The notes under the pieces: generated by a model | Seen by the model: the letters and a program-made list of their open reading frames with translations, nothing else | Told to the model about the DNA's origin: nothing | Databases searched by the model: none | Origin: a virus | IMG/VR virus record: IMGVR_UViG_3300042691_015660 | DNA: 64,000 bases | Direction: 5' to 3' (one strand) | Shown here: positions 19,329-28,357 of the stretch, one piece after another | How the letters are laid out: each line of letters starts with the position of its first letter | Numbering within the stretch: the stretch's first letter is position 1 | Program-made: the position numbers and the translations under genes

Positions 19329-21047
19329 ATGAGTTGGAAAAAATATTTTACACCTGTACAAGTAGGAAAGGATTCTAACAACTATAGTCCTATGAGTATG
19401 ACCGGACGTAGCGCAGGTCCAGCTCGAACTAATTATTCAAGTTTTTTGCCAGATGTGTATACTGGAGCACCTAATCGTATTGATCGGTATCTACAATACG
19501 ATACTATGGATATGGATAGTGAAGTCAACGCTGCATTAGACATTCTTAGTGAATTCTGTAGTCAAAAAAATAAAGAAAATCAGACTCCTTTTCATTTCTA
19601 TTACAAACAAAAGGCCACTAACAGCGAAATTCAAATTTTAAGAGAGTACTTACAACAATGGTGTAAGCTACAAAAATTTGACACACGAATTTTTAGAATT
19701 GTGCGTAATGTGTTTAAGTACGGCGATGCGTTTTTTATTCGAGATCCAGAGGATAAGAAATGGTTCTATGTTGATCCAGGAAAGATTACAAAAGTTATCG
19801 TTAATGAAAGCGAAGGCAAGAAACCAGAACAATATGTTATTAGAGATTTGAATCCTAACTTTCAAGATCTTACAGTAACTACTATTAACCCTAATACAAC
19901 AAATGTGAATAATAGGGGAACTGCTTATGTAGCAGGTGGTGCCGCAGCCAGAGGGCAAGCCAGTGCGTACCCAATTAGTCCAGGAACACGCTTTCAGAAT
20001 AATGAAAATGAATTAGCAGTAGACGCAAAACATGTAGTACATCTAAGTTTATCAGAAGGATTAGACAATAATTTTCCTTTTGGAAACAGTCTGTTAGAAA
20101 CAGTGTTTAAGGTATTCAAGCAAAAAGAATTGCTTGAAGATGCTATTATTATCTATCGTATACAACGTGCTCCTGAGCGTAGAATTTTCTATATTGATGT
20201 AGGTAACATGCCCAGTCACTTGGCTATGAGCTTTGTAGAGAGGGTAAAAAATGAAATTCATCAAAGAAGAATTCCTTCTGCTGTTGGCGGCGGTACTAAT
20301 GTTATTGACTCAGCCTATAATCCTTTATCAATTAACGAAGACTACTTCTTTCCACAAACAGCAGAAGGCAGAGGTAGCAAAGTAGAAACACTGCCAGGCG
20401 GAACAAATCTAGGCGAAATTGACGATTTAAAATATTTTACTAATAAACTGTTTAGAGGATTAAGAATTCCTAGTAGCTACTTGCCAACAGGCGCAGACGA
20501 CAGTCAAAGTCAGTATAACGATGGTAGAGTAGGTACTGCGTATATTCAAGAACTAAGATTTAACAACTACTGTATAAGATTACAAAATCTTTTAACAGAA
20601 ATATTTGATCAAGAATTTAAATTGTATCTTAAAGATCGCGGAGTAAACATAGATACTAGTCTCTTCGATTTAAAATTTGAACCTCCACAAAATTTCGCTG
20701 CTACAAGACAAAGCGAGTTAGACACTGCTCGCGCACCAACATATCAGACAATGAGTCAAATTCCTACAATCAGTAAACGTTTTGCATTAAAACGTTTCTT
20801 AGGATTAACTGATGAAGAAATTGCAGAAAATGAGCGCCTATGGGCAGAAGAAAATGGAAAAGCTAAACCAACACCGACTGATAGTGTAGCAGAACTTCGA
20901 AATGCCGGTGTAAGTCAAGCAGGCATCAGTGCTGATATGACAGCCAATGCTGACACAGCCGCCCCTCCCGACCTTGCCGCTGGTGGTATGGCTCCTCCAG
21001 CAGGAGCTCCTCCTGCTGCTCCTGCTGCTCCTGGAGCTCCTGTATAA
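19329..21047 (+). CDS. gp20: Portal protein gp20
   Basis: LLEDAIIIYRIQRAPERRIFYIDVGNMP, EDYFFP..GRGSKVETLPGG.NLGEIDDLKYF, LRIPSSYL, ELRF. Confidence 0.97.
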   Translation: MSWKKYFTPVQVGKDSNNYSPMSMTGRSAGPARTNYSSFLPDVYTGAPNRIDRYLQYDTMDMDSEVNAALDILSEFCSQKNKENQTPFHFYYKQKATNSEIQILREYLQQWCKLQKFDTRIFRIVRNVFKYGDAFFIRDPEDKKWFYVDPGKITKVIVNESEGKKPEQYVIRDLNPNFQDLTVTTINPNTTNVNNRGTAYVAGGAAARGQASAYPISPGTRFQNNENELAVDAKHVVHLSLSEGLDNNFPFGNSLLETVFKVFKQKELLEDAIIIYRIQRAPERRIFYIDVGNMPSHLAMSFVERVKNEIHQRRIPSAVGGGTNVIDSAYNPLSINEDYFFPQTAEGRGSKVETLPGGTNLGEIDDLKYFTNKLFRGLRIPSSYLPTGADDSQSQYNDGRVGTAYIQELRFNNYCIRLQNLLTEIFDQEFKLYLKDRGVNIDTSLFDLKFEPPQNFAATRQSELDTARAPTYQTMSQIPTISKRFALKRFLGLTDEEIAENERLWAEENGKAKPTPTDSVAELRNAGVSQAGISADMTANADTAAPPDLAAGGMAPPAGAPPAAPAAPGAPV

Positions 21048-21055
21048 ATATTAAT

Positions 21056-21295
21056 ATGATTTTACGTGAGTTATTCTACATCGATAAAGATTTAAAAGCC
21101 ATATCTAACAATATGCGCTATTTGCCAAAACACGATTCTACTACCATAGAACGAAGTGATACACGTAAAACAAGATTAACATTAAATCAAATTAATGAAT
21201 TGCGTAAAGCTAGTGAATCACATATTCTTGAACAAGAAAAAGAATTAGAATTCATTGAAGCCATGTATAAAACACCTCCACAACCTGCGGCATAA
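21056..21295 (+). CDS. Conserved small late protein
   Basis: TATAAATA at 21043-21050; DTRKTRLTLNQINELRK helix. Confidence 0.7.
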   Translation: MILRELFYIDKDLKAISNNMRYLPKHDSTTIERSDTRKTRLTLNQINELRKASESHILEQEKELEFIEAMYKTPPQPAA

Positions 21296-21316
21296 TTAGC
21301 ATTAAAAGGAACTTTA

Positions 21317-21901
21317 ATGCGTAGTTTTGTATTAGGAAATGGCCGCAGCCGCCTTAATATTAACCCACAAGATTTAAAAAAATATGGTATAACTTATGGT
21401 TGTAATGCTTTATATAGAGAGTTTGAACCAGACTATCTAGTAGCTGTAGATCCTAAGATGATTGTGGAAATAGAAAAAAGTGGATATCAGAAAACACATG
21501 AAGTATGGACTAACCCTAACGCAAAATATAGGAATTTTACCGGGTTTAGATACTTTAGTCCTAGTCTAGGGTGGAGCTCTGGTCCAACAGCTTTGGACTT
21601 TGCCTGTAAGCACAGACCTAGTGAAATCTACATATTTGGATTTGATTATACTGGAGTAAATGGGTTACTTAACAACGTTTATGCTGACACAGCAAACTAT
21701 AGAAAAAGCGCAGATCCAGCTACCTATCACGGTAATTGGGAAAAACAAACAGAACAAGTTATCAAGCAAAATAAATCTGTAAAATTTTACAGAGTAGTCG
21801 ACAACAAATACTACAATTTAGAATGGCCTTATAGCAACTTCAGACATATGACATATGAAGAATTAAAAAGATTAATGCCTACTTGGAACTTAAAAACTTA
21901 A
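21317..21901 (+). CDS. DUF115/MAF- or sialyltransferase-like Rossmann protein (putative glycosyltransferase)
   Basis: VLGNGRSR, GCNALYREF.PDYLVAVD, SSGPTAL and IYIFGFD motifs. Confidence 0.6.
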   Translation: MRSFVLGNGRSRLNINPQDLKKYGITYGCNALYREFEPDYLVAVDPKMIVEIEKSGYQKTHEVWTNPNAKYRNFTGFRYFSPSLGWSSGPTALDFACKHRPSEIYIFGFDYTGVNGLLNNVYADTANYRKSADPATYHGNWEKQTEQVIKQNKSVKFYRVVDNKYYNLEWPYSNFRHMTYEELKRLMPTWNLKT

Positions 21902-21991
21902 AATCATTAAAAAACCACCATTATAGCCCAGGTTTTTGGGTTTCTCTGTAAATAATATTTGACAGCCTTACAATCTTAATAGGAGGATAAA

Positions 21992-22900
21992 ATGACTGAT
22001 CGATCAAAATTCGAGCAGATGCTCGAGCATCTTGTAAATGAAGACCAAGAAGCAGCCAAGGAAGTGTTCCATCAAATCGTTGTAGAAAAAAGTCGTCAAA
22101 TCTATGAAAATATTTTAGCCGAAGACTTTGAAATGTCCGAGGAAGACGACAAGGAAGACGACGAAGAAATGGACGAAGCCAAAGACGACGATGAAGATGA
22201 CGAAGCAATGGACGAAGCCAAAGACGACGATGAAGATGACGAAGAAGTCGACGAAAACTTTGCGTTCGGCGAAGCAGACGACGATATCGGTGGTGATCCA
22301 GCAGATGATCAATTAGATGATATCAGTGCTGATGATGAAGGCGATGACATGGACATGGGCGACGAAGAAGGCTCCGATGATCTAGAAGATCGTGTGGTTG
22401 ATTTAGAAGATGCCATTGATGACTTACGTGCAGAATTTGAAAGAATGATGGGCGATGAAGGCGATGACATGGGCGGTGACGACATGGACATGGGCGGTGA
22501 TGACATGGACATGGATATGGACATGGACATGGGCGGTGACGAGAAGCCAATGAAAATGGGCATGGCTGATGATATAAGCTTCATGCGCGAATATATTGAA
22601 AAAGTAGGAAATCCAAAACATGGCGACGACGGAGCAAACACTAAATCCATCGTAGCTGGTAAAAACGATATGGGCGGCACAACTGCTAACATCGTAAAAG
22701 GTGGCACAAGCGAAAGCGGTGGCACAAAAGGTGGATTATTAAATCCATCGACAAAAGAAGATAACGCAGGCAATGTAAATGTTCCAGGCGGTAAAGCTGG
22801 CGTTAAACACCTTAAGAAAGTAAGTTCACCAAAAGGCGGCGACGATGGTGACAAGGGCGCAGGAAGTCCTATTAACGGTGTTAAGAGTCGCGCAAAGTAA
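21992..22900 (+). CDS. Highly acidic prohead core/scaffold-like protein
   Basis: D/E/M/G low complexity; GGAGG SD; TAAATA at 21949-21954; position before the protease, like T4 gp67/gp68. Confidence 0.65.
   Translation: MTDRSKFEQMLEHLVNEDQEAAKEVFHQIVVEKSRQIYENILAEDFEMSEEDDKEDDEEMDEAKDDDEDDEAMDEAKDDDEDDEEVDENFAFGEADDDIGGDPADDQLDDISADDEGDDMDMGDEEGSDDLEDRVVDLEDAIDDLRAEFERMMGDEGDDMGGDDMDMGGDDMDMDMDMDMGGDEKPMKMGMADDISFMREYIEKVGNPKHGDDGANTKSIVAGKNDMGGTTANIVKGGTSESGGTKGGLLNPSTKEDNAGNVNVPGGKAGVKHLKKVSSPKGGDDGDKGAGSPINGVKSRAK
22168..22244 (+). repeat. Tandem 38-bp perfect repeat (period 39 nt, 13 aa)
   Basis: aatggacgaagccaaagacgacgatgaagatgacgaag at 22168-22205 and 22207-22244. Confidence 0.9.
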
Positions 22901-22907
22901 GGTATAA

Positions 22908-23534
22908 TTGATGAAAAGTCTTCGTGAAAATCTGAGTTTCGACCAAGCAAAAATGGTCGTTGAGTCCGAGGAAGGCATGAATGGCAAGTCCCTTTATCTT
23001 AAAGGGATTTGTATTCAAGGCGATAAACGGAATCAAAATCAGAGAGTTTATCCTGCAAATGAGATTGCCAGGGCTGTCAAAACCCTGAACGATCAAATTG
23101 CTGGCGGCTATTCAGTTTTAGGCGAAGTCGATCATCCTGACGACCTAAGAATTAACCTTGATCGTGTGTGCCATATGGTCACAGAAATGTGGATGGATGG
23201 AGCAGACGGTTATGGAAAATTAAAAGTACTCCCAACTCCAATGGGTCAACTAGTGAAAACTATGCTTGAGTCCGGCGTAAAGTTGGGAGTTTCTTCACGT
23301 GGATCCGGCGATGTAGATGGCGGCGGACATGTGAAAGATTTTGAAATCATCACAGTTGATGTGGTGGCTCAACCCAGTGCTCCTGGGGCATATCCTACAC
23401 CTATCTATGAACACCTGATGAATCATCAAGGTGGTTATAGAAGCTTGCGCATAGCGAAAGAGGTTCAGGATGATCCAAAGGCGCAGAAGTATCTTAAAGA
23501 AAGCTTATTAAAAATAATAAGCGGACTCCAATAA
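22908..23534 (+). CDS. gp21: Prohead protease gp21
   Basis: NQNQRVYP, LGEVDHP, TPMG, LGVSSRGSG, D.VAQPSAPGA. Confidence 0.95.
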   Translation: MMKSLRENLSFDQAKMVVESEEGMNGKSLYLKGICIQGDKRNQNQRVYPANEIARAVKTLNDQIAGGYSVLGEVDHPDDLRINLDRVCHMVTEMWMDGADGYGKLKVLPTPMGQLVKTMLESGVKLGVSSRGSGDVDGGGHVKDFEIITVDVVAQPSAPGAYPTPIYEHLMNHQGGYRSLRIAKEVQDDPKAQKYLKESLLKIISGLQ

Positions 23535-23549
23535 AAAAGGAGAATCACA

Positions 23550-24638
23550 ATGTTGGAAGCACTAAAAACTTTATTTGAAAACAATGTGATTTCTGAAGAG
23601 ATCAAAGCCGACATTGAAAAGGCTTGGGATGCGAGAATTACAGAAAATCGCACTCAAGTTACACAACAACTACGCGAAGAATTCGCTCAACGCTACGAGC
23701 ATGACAAACAAGTTATGGTAGAAGCTATTGATCGTATGCTGAACGACCGTTTAGCAGAAGAAATCGTTGAGTTTGTGGAAGATCGTAAGCAGCTTGCTGA
23801 ACAAAAGGCAAGATATGCTGTAGCAATGAGACAAAATGCTGGTCTAATGAAAGAGTTTGTAACTCGTCAATTAGCAGCAGAAGTCCGTGAGTTACATGAA
23901 GATCAAGTACAAATGGCTCAAAAGTTTAAAACTCTTGAACGTTTTGTTGTAGAGGCTTTAGCTCAAGAAATCGCAGAGTTCCATACAGATAAAAAAGATA
24001 TCGCAGAAACAAAAGTACGTTTAGTTCGTGAAGGTCGTCAAGCATTGACCTTAATGAAAGAGAAGTTTATTAAACGTGCAGCTCAGTTAGTTGAACATAC
24101 AGTTGAACAAACTCTTACTAAAGAAATTGGACAACTAAAAGAAGATATTGAATTAGCAAGACGTAACGACTTCGGTCGTAAGTTATTTGAAGCGTTTTCT
24201 AGTGAGTATCAGAACAGCTATCTAAGCGAAAAATCAGAAACAGCCAAATTGCTCAAGGTCATAGACATGAAGGAATTAGAAGTTGCTGCTGCTAAAAACG
24301 CTGTAGCAGAAGCACGCCTAATCGCAGAAAGCAAGGACGCAGAAGTTAAAATGATAAAAGAGAGTGTAGAACGTAAAGCAATTATTGATGAATTAGTAGG
24401 ACCGTTGGCCAATGGCCAAAAGGCTATTATGACAGAATTGCTTGAAAGTGTACATACAACTAAGTTACGTAGTAACTTTGAAAAGTACTTACCAGCAGTT
24501 ATCGCTGGCGAAGCTCCGCAGAAGAAAAAGGCACTAGTAGAGGCAAAAGAAATTACAGGCAATAAACAAACCAACAGCGTAAGTAGCAGCGAAAGCGATA
24601 GTAATATTTTTGATATTCGTCGTTTAGCTGGAATTTAA
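23550..24638 (+). CDS. gp22: Prohead scaffolding protein gp22
   Basis: Coiled-coil, Glu-rich; lies between the protease and the capsid gene. Confidence 0.8.
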   Translation: MLEALKTLFENNVISEEIKADIEKAWDARITENRTQVTQQLREEFAQRYEHDKQVMVEAIDRMLNDRLAEEIVEFVEDRKQLAEQKARYAVAMRQNAGLMKEFVTRQLAAEVRELHEDQVQMAQKFKTLERFVVEALAQEIAEFHTDKKDIAETKVRLVREGRQALTLMKEKFIKRAAQLVEHTVEQTLTKEIGQLKEDIELARRNDFGRKLFEAFSSEYQNSYLSEKSETAKLLKVIDMKELEVAAAKNAVAEARLIAESKDAEVKMIKESVERKAIIDELVGPLANGQKAIMTELLESVHTTKLRSNFEKYLPAVIAGEAPQKKKALVEAKEITGNKQTNSVSSSESDSNIFDIRRLAGI

Positions 24639-24660
24639 ACATTAATTAGGAGAAAAAATA

Positions 24661-25830
24661 ATGTCAGAACTACTAACAAGCCGTTGGGCAGAAACAAAAG
24701 AAGCCCTATTAGAAGGCTTACAAGGCACAAAGAAATCTGTAATGGCATCTACTCTAGAGAATACACGTAAGTATCTCGCAGAGAATGCTTCAGGTGGTGC
24801 TACTTCTGCCGGCAACGTCGCAACATTAAACCGCGTGATTCTACCAGTAATCCGCCGTGTTATGCCAACCGTTATTGCTAACGAGTTAGTTGGTGTACAA
24901 CCAATGACTGGCCCAGTAGGTCAAATCCATACACTACGTGTTCGTTATGCAGATACCTTAAGTGGTACATACGGAGCGAATGCTGGTGTAGAAGCATTAA
25001 GTCCATTTAAGATTGCAGAAGGTTATTCTGCTAATGACGGCGCTGCTTTCACAGCCGCATCAACAGCAACTCTAGAAGGTGCTGCTGGTAAGCGTTTAAG
25101 CATCCAGATCTTAAAGCAAACTGTCGAAGCTAAGACACGTAAGCTAAGTGCTCGTTGGACATTTGAAGCTGCTCAAGATGCACAAGCTCAACAAGGCATT
25201 GACATCGAAGCAGAAATCATGGCTGCTCTAGCACAAGAAATTACAGCTGAAATCGATCAAGAGATCCTATTATCCCTTGCTACATTAGCTGGTACACAAA
25301 ACCAAGAAGCATTTGACCAAACTGCTGTAAGCGGTACTGCTACATTCGTTGGTGATGAACACGCTGCTCTAGCTGTTCAAATTAACCGTGTTGCTAATAG
25401 AATCGCCCAGCGTACACGTCGTGGCGCAGGTAACTGGGCAGTTGTTAGCCCAACAGTACTAACAGTACTACAAAGTGCAACAACTTCTGCTTTCGCAAGA
25501 ACAACAGAAGGTACTTTCGAAGCACCTACAAACACCAAGTTCGTTGGTACATTGAACAGTGCGATGAAAGTGTATGTTAACACATACGCTCAAAACGACA
25601 CAGTACTTGTTGGCTATAAAGGTACAAGTGAGAGTGATGCGGCTGCTTTCTATTGCCCATACATTCCATTAATGAGCAGCGGTGTTGTTCTTGATCCATC
25701 AACATTCGAACCAGTCGTAAGCTTTATGACACGTTACGGATATGTTGAATTAAGCAATACAGCAAGCTCGCTAGGTAACGCAGCTGACTACTTAGGAACT
25801 GTTACAACAACAGGTCTAACATTCAGCTAA
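24661..25830 (+). CDS. gp23: Major capsid protein gp23
   Basis: VIRRVMP..IA.ELVGVQPMTGPVGQI, VEAKTRKL.ARWT.E.AQD, FYCPYIPL, F.P...FMTRYG. Confidence 0.97.
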   Translation: MSELLTSRWAETKEALLEGLQGTKKSVMASTLENTRKYLAENASGGATSAGNVATLNRVILPVIRRVMPTVIANELVGVQPMTGPVGQIHTLRVRYADTLSGTYGANAGVEALSPFKIAEGYSANDGAAFTAASTATLEGAAGKRLSIQILKQTVEAKTRKLSARWTFEAAQDAQAQQGIDIEAEIMAALAQEITAEIDQEILLSLATLAGTQNQEAFDQTAVSGTATFVGDEHAALAVQINRVANRIAQRTRRGAGNWAVVSPTVLTVLQSATTSAFARTTEGTFEAPTNTKFVGTLNSAMKVYVNTYAQNDTVLVGYKGTSESDAAAFYCPYIPLMSSGVVLDPSTFEPVVSFMTRYGYVELSNTASSLGNAADYLGTVTTTGLTFS

Positions 25831-25860
25831 TCAAAAAACTTAAAAAAGTTTTTTAATTTT

Positions 25861-25890
25861 AGAAAGGACTCTTCGGGGTCCTTTCTTTTT
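25861..25890 (+). terminator. Rho-independent terminator after gp23
   Basis: AGAAAGGACTC-TTCG-GGGTCCTTTCT followed by a T tract. Confidence 0.9.
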
Positions 25891-25891
25891 A

Positions 25892-25899
25892 TATAAATA
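25892..25899 (+). promoter_or_regulatory. Late promoter TATAAATA
   Basis: Exact T4 late consensus directly after the terminator. Confidence 0.85.
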
Positions 25900-25968
25900 C
25901 TATGTCTAGATGATTTATGCGGCACCCACCGCGTAGGAGCCTAGAACGCTCATTCAAAGGAGAAACAA

Positions 25969-26352
25969 ATGGGACGTCCAGTCAACAAACGCTGGTTCGG
26001 TACTACAGGAACAGGTACCGGTACTGGTTTATTCACAGGTAATAATTTACCAATTAGATTCAAATTAGGTGGTGTTGTTTATGAAGGTTACATTCTAAAA
26101 CAAGTTGGTTCTAGCCGTTATAAAGTAAGTACTGATGATGGCACCACAGCAGTTGGTCGAGCAGTGCTAACAAATGCGATTACGCCAGCTAGTAACGGAG
26201 ATGCTTCGCTAGTTGGATTATATAACGGACAAGCAGTTCCGATCCGTAGATTGTACCAACACAGAGCCAAAGATTATACAGGTCGCTATTTCAAATGGAA
26301 CCTAAGTGACGATTCAACAGAAACGTTATTAATCTTGACATTAATTAGCTAA
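25969..26352 (+). CDS. Hypothetical virion protein
   Basis: AAGGAG SD; MGRP...YILKQVGSSRYKV; follows the capsid gene. Confidence 0.7.
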   Translation: MGRPVNKRWFGTTGTGTGTGLFTGNNLPIRFKLGGVVYEGYILKQVGSSRYKVSTDDGTTAVGRAVLTNAITPASNGDASLVGLYNGQAVPIRRLYQHRAKDYTGRYFKWNLSDDSTETLLILTLIS

Positions 26353-26361
26353 GAGATATAA

Positions 26362-27426
26362 ATGGCCATTAAAGGTAATAAAGTTGTAAGAGTCAGTGAA
26401 GGCAATTACAAAGTTAAAGTTCAAGACGGCGGAACAATTACGCTAGACACCGGAGTAGAGCAAGGTACAGTTTACGTAACTGGTAGTCTTGTAGTTGACG
26501 GCCAACTTACTTACCTTAATGTTCAAGATCTTCAAGTTGAAGATAATTTAATTATTCTCAACAGAGATGATTTATTAGGGTCAACTGTTACTAAACCTGA
26601 TCCTGAATATGGCGGCGCTGGCGTTTCTGGAATAAGAATTATCAGAGGCGCTGGCGACGAAGCCGAACTAGTATGGCATGAAATAAATCATTACAATCCT
26701 GCTACTGATAGTTCAATACAGGGACTTTGGAGCTTTAGAGTACGTACTCCTGGTAGTCCGTCGCTAGCCGGAATTAGAACTAATCAAATTGATACTAATG
26801 GCGGAATTCTTGGACTTATCAATACAGGTAACGGGTATGTTACTGTAAGAGGAACTACTAACTACGAACGACAGATATTATCTTATACAGATACAGTAGG
26901 GTATGATCCTACTCTGGGTGTTAGTATTATCGACGACGATAGAATTCCAAATATTAAAGCAATTAGTGATTTTACTGCTTACAGTCTAGCAGTATTCACT
27001 GCTAAACGATTTGGTAGTTTTGATACTATAGGTGAAGGATTTGATACTGCTAACGGAGATGCTGTTAGTCAGTTAGAATTTAAAGTAGATAATGTACTTG
27101 AAGTAGTAATCGACAGTGCTGGTTTGTTAGCTAATAATGTTAGAATTGGTGGCAATACTATCAATACTACATCAAATGCTTTAACATTAACAGCTAATAA
27201 CGGGCTGATTCAAGTAGCTGGTTACTTAACATTAATAGATCAAGGCAGCGATCCCGCACTCTTAGGTGGCGCCACAAAACTTTATACTAAAACCACAGTA
27301 GGTGGCGGCGACACAGGAATTTATTACGTGAATAGTAGAACAGATACAGATGGCTCTACTGTAATCACAATGACAGAAGAATTAATAAGTAGAAAAAGAG
27401 CATTACTTTTAAGTTTTATATTTTAA
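26362..27426 (+). CDS. Virion fibre/structural protein
   Basis: GSLVVDG..LQVEDNLIILN fibre motif; hydrophobic C-terminal helix. Confidence 0.65.
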   Translation: MAIKGNKVVRVSEGNYKVKVQDGGTITLDTGVEQGTVYVTGSLVVDGQLTYLNVQDLQVEDNLIILNRDDLLGSTVTKPDPEYGGAGVSGIRIIRGAGDEAELVWHEINHYNPATDSSIQGLWSFRVRTPGSPSLAGIRTNQIDTNGGILGLINTGNGYVTVRGTTNYERQILSYTDTVGYDPTLGVSIIDDDRIPNIKAISDFTAYSLAVFTAKRFGSFDTIGEGFDTANGDAVSQLEFKVDNVLEVVIDSAGLLANNVRIGGNTINTTSNALTLTANNGLIQVAGYLTLIDQGSDPALLGGATKLYTKTTVGGGDTGIYYVNSRTDTDGSTVITMTEELISRKRALLLSFIF

Positions 27427-27435
27427 GGAATTATA

Positions 27436-27768
27436 ATGGCTATCCAAAGCACCGCGATCGGCACAGGCAATACAGACTTATATATTAGCAGCGGCAATAC
27501 CGCAGTAACATGTATTTGGGTTTGTAATACTGCTACGTATAATCCTCTAGATCCCACAAACGGTTCAACTTATCTTGATTTACATTTTGTTAAACAAGGA
27601 CAAGGTGTTAGTAACACTAATTTAATTGTTAATCAATTACCGGTACCCGCAGGAGAGACTGTAACGTTTGACACTGAAAAAATTATTTTAGATAACGGGG
27701 ACAGAGTAGTAGCGAATTCCGCTTCGCCAGCAAATCTAGTAGCAACTATCAGTGTGATCAGTGTATAA
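27436..27768 (+). CDS. Small beta-rich fibre adaptor-like protein (paralogue 1)
   Basis: Similar to 34865 and 45060 (I.VCN ... EKIIL). Confidence 0.6.
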   Translation: MAIQSTAIGTGNTDLYISSGNTAVTCIWVCNTATYNPLDPTNGSTYLDLHFVKQGQGVSNTNLIVNQLPVPAGETVTFDTEKIILDNGDRVVANSASPANLVATISVISV

Positions 27769-28325
27769 TGAAATATTTAAGAAGAACACATTTAAATTCA
27801 AAAACAGTTACAGGTCGTAACAGTGTATATATAGATATTGGCGGAGAAGTTGTTGTCGATTCTCCGTATAGCCTTCTATTACCCCGAGGCGACAACGAAC
27901 ATCAAAGCCCAGATGATAGTACAGCACCATCTTATGTAAACGGTATGATACGTTACAATACAGAGACAAATGAGTTTGAAGGATATCAAGCAGGTGCTTG
28001 GCGTAGTTTCAGATTTAAAGAACCTGGTAAAATGGACATTCATACTATTGGAACAGGTAATGCTGTAGAAACAAAATTTGCTCTTCCTTTTAATCCATTT
28101 GTGCTAACTCCGCAGAGCGGCATGCTGTGGAATGATAATCAAATAGCTAAAAATCTTATTGTTGTAGTAGAAAACGTTTTTCAAATAGCAAACGTTAACT
28201 ACGTAGTGGAACAAAATCCTAGCACTGGGCCAGGGGCACCATACCTAGCTGGTGTATACATTTCATTCGGAACTGCTGTTCCAACATCAAAACCTATCTA
28301 CGTGTTGACCGGATTCGACCAGTAA
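27768..28325 (+). CDS. Virion structural protein
   Basis: LPRG..GMIRYNTETNEFEGY fibre module. Confidence 0.6.
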   Translation: MKYLRRTHLNSKTVTGRNSVYIDIGGEVVVDSPYSLLLPRGDNEHQSPDDSTAPSYVNGMIRYNTETNEFEGYQAGAWRSFRFKEPGKMDIHTIGTGNAVETKFALPFNPFVLTPQSGMLWNDNQIAKNLIVVVENVFQIANVNYVVEQNPSTGPGAPYLAGVYISFGTAVPTSKPIYVLTGFDQ

Positions 28326-28357
28326 TTTTACCAATAAATACTGTATAGGAGCGTACT

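Noticed and set aside
21959-21982. TTGACA sigma70 promoter before the acidic core gene
   Set aside because: No -10 box at 16-18 nt spacing; TAAATA at 21949 explains expression.
22168-22535. Possible CRISPR-like repeats
   Set aside because: In-frame coding repeats without spacers; no cas genes.
22309-22950. 213-aa antisense ORF and other short overlapping ORFs
   Set aside because: Shadow frames of low-complexity coding sequence on the opposite strand; no RBS or motifs.
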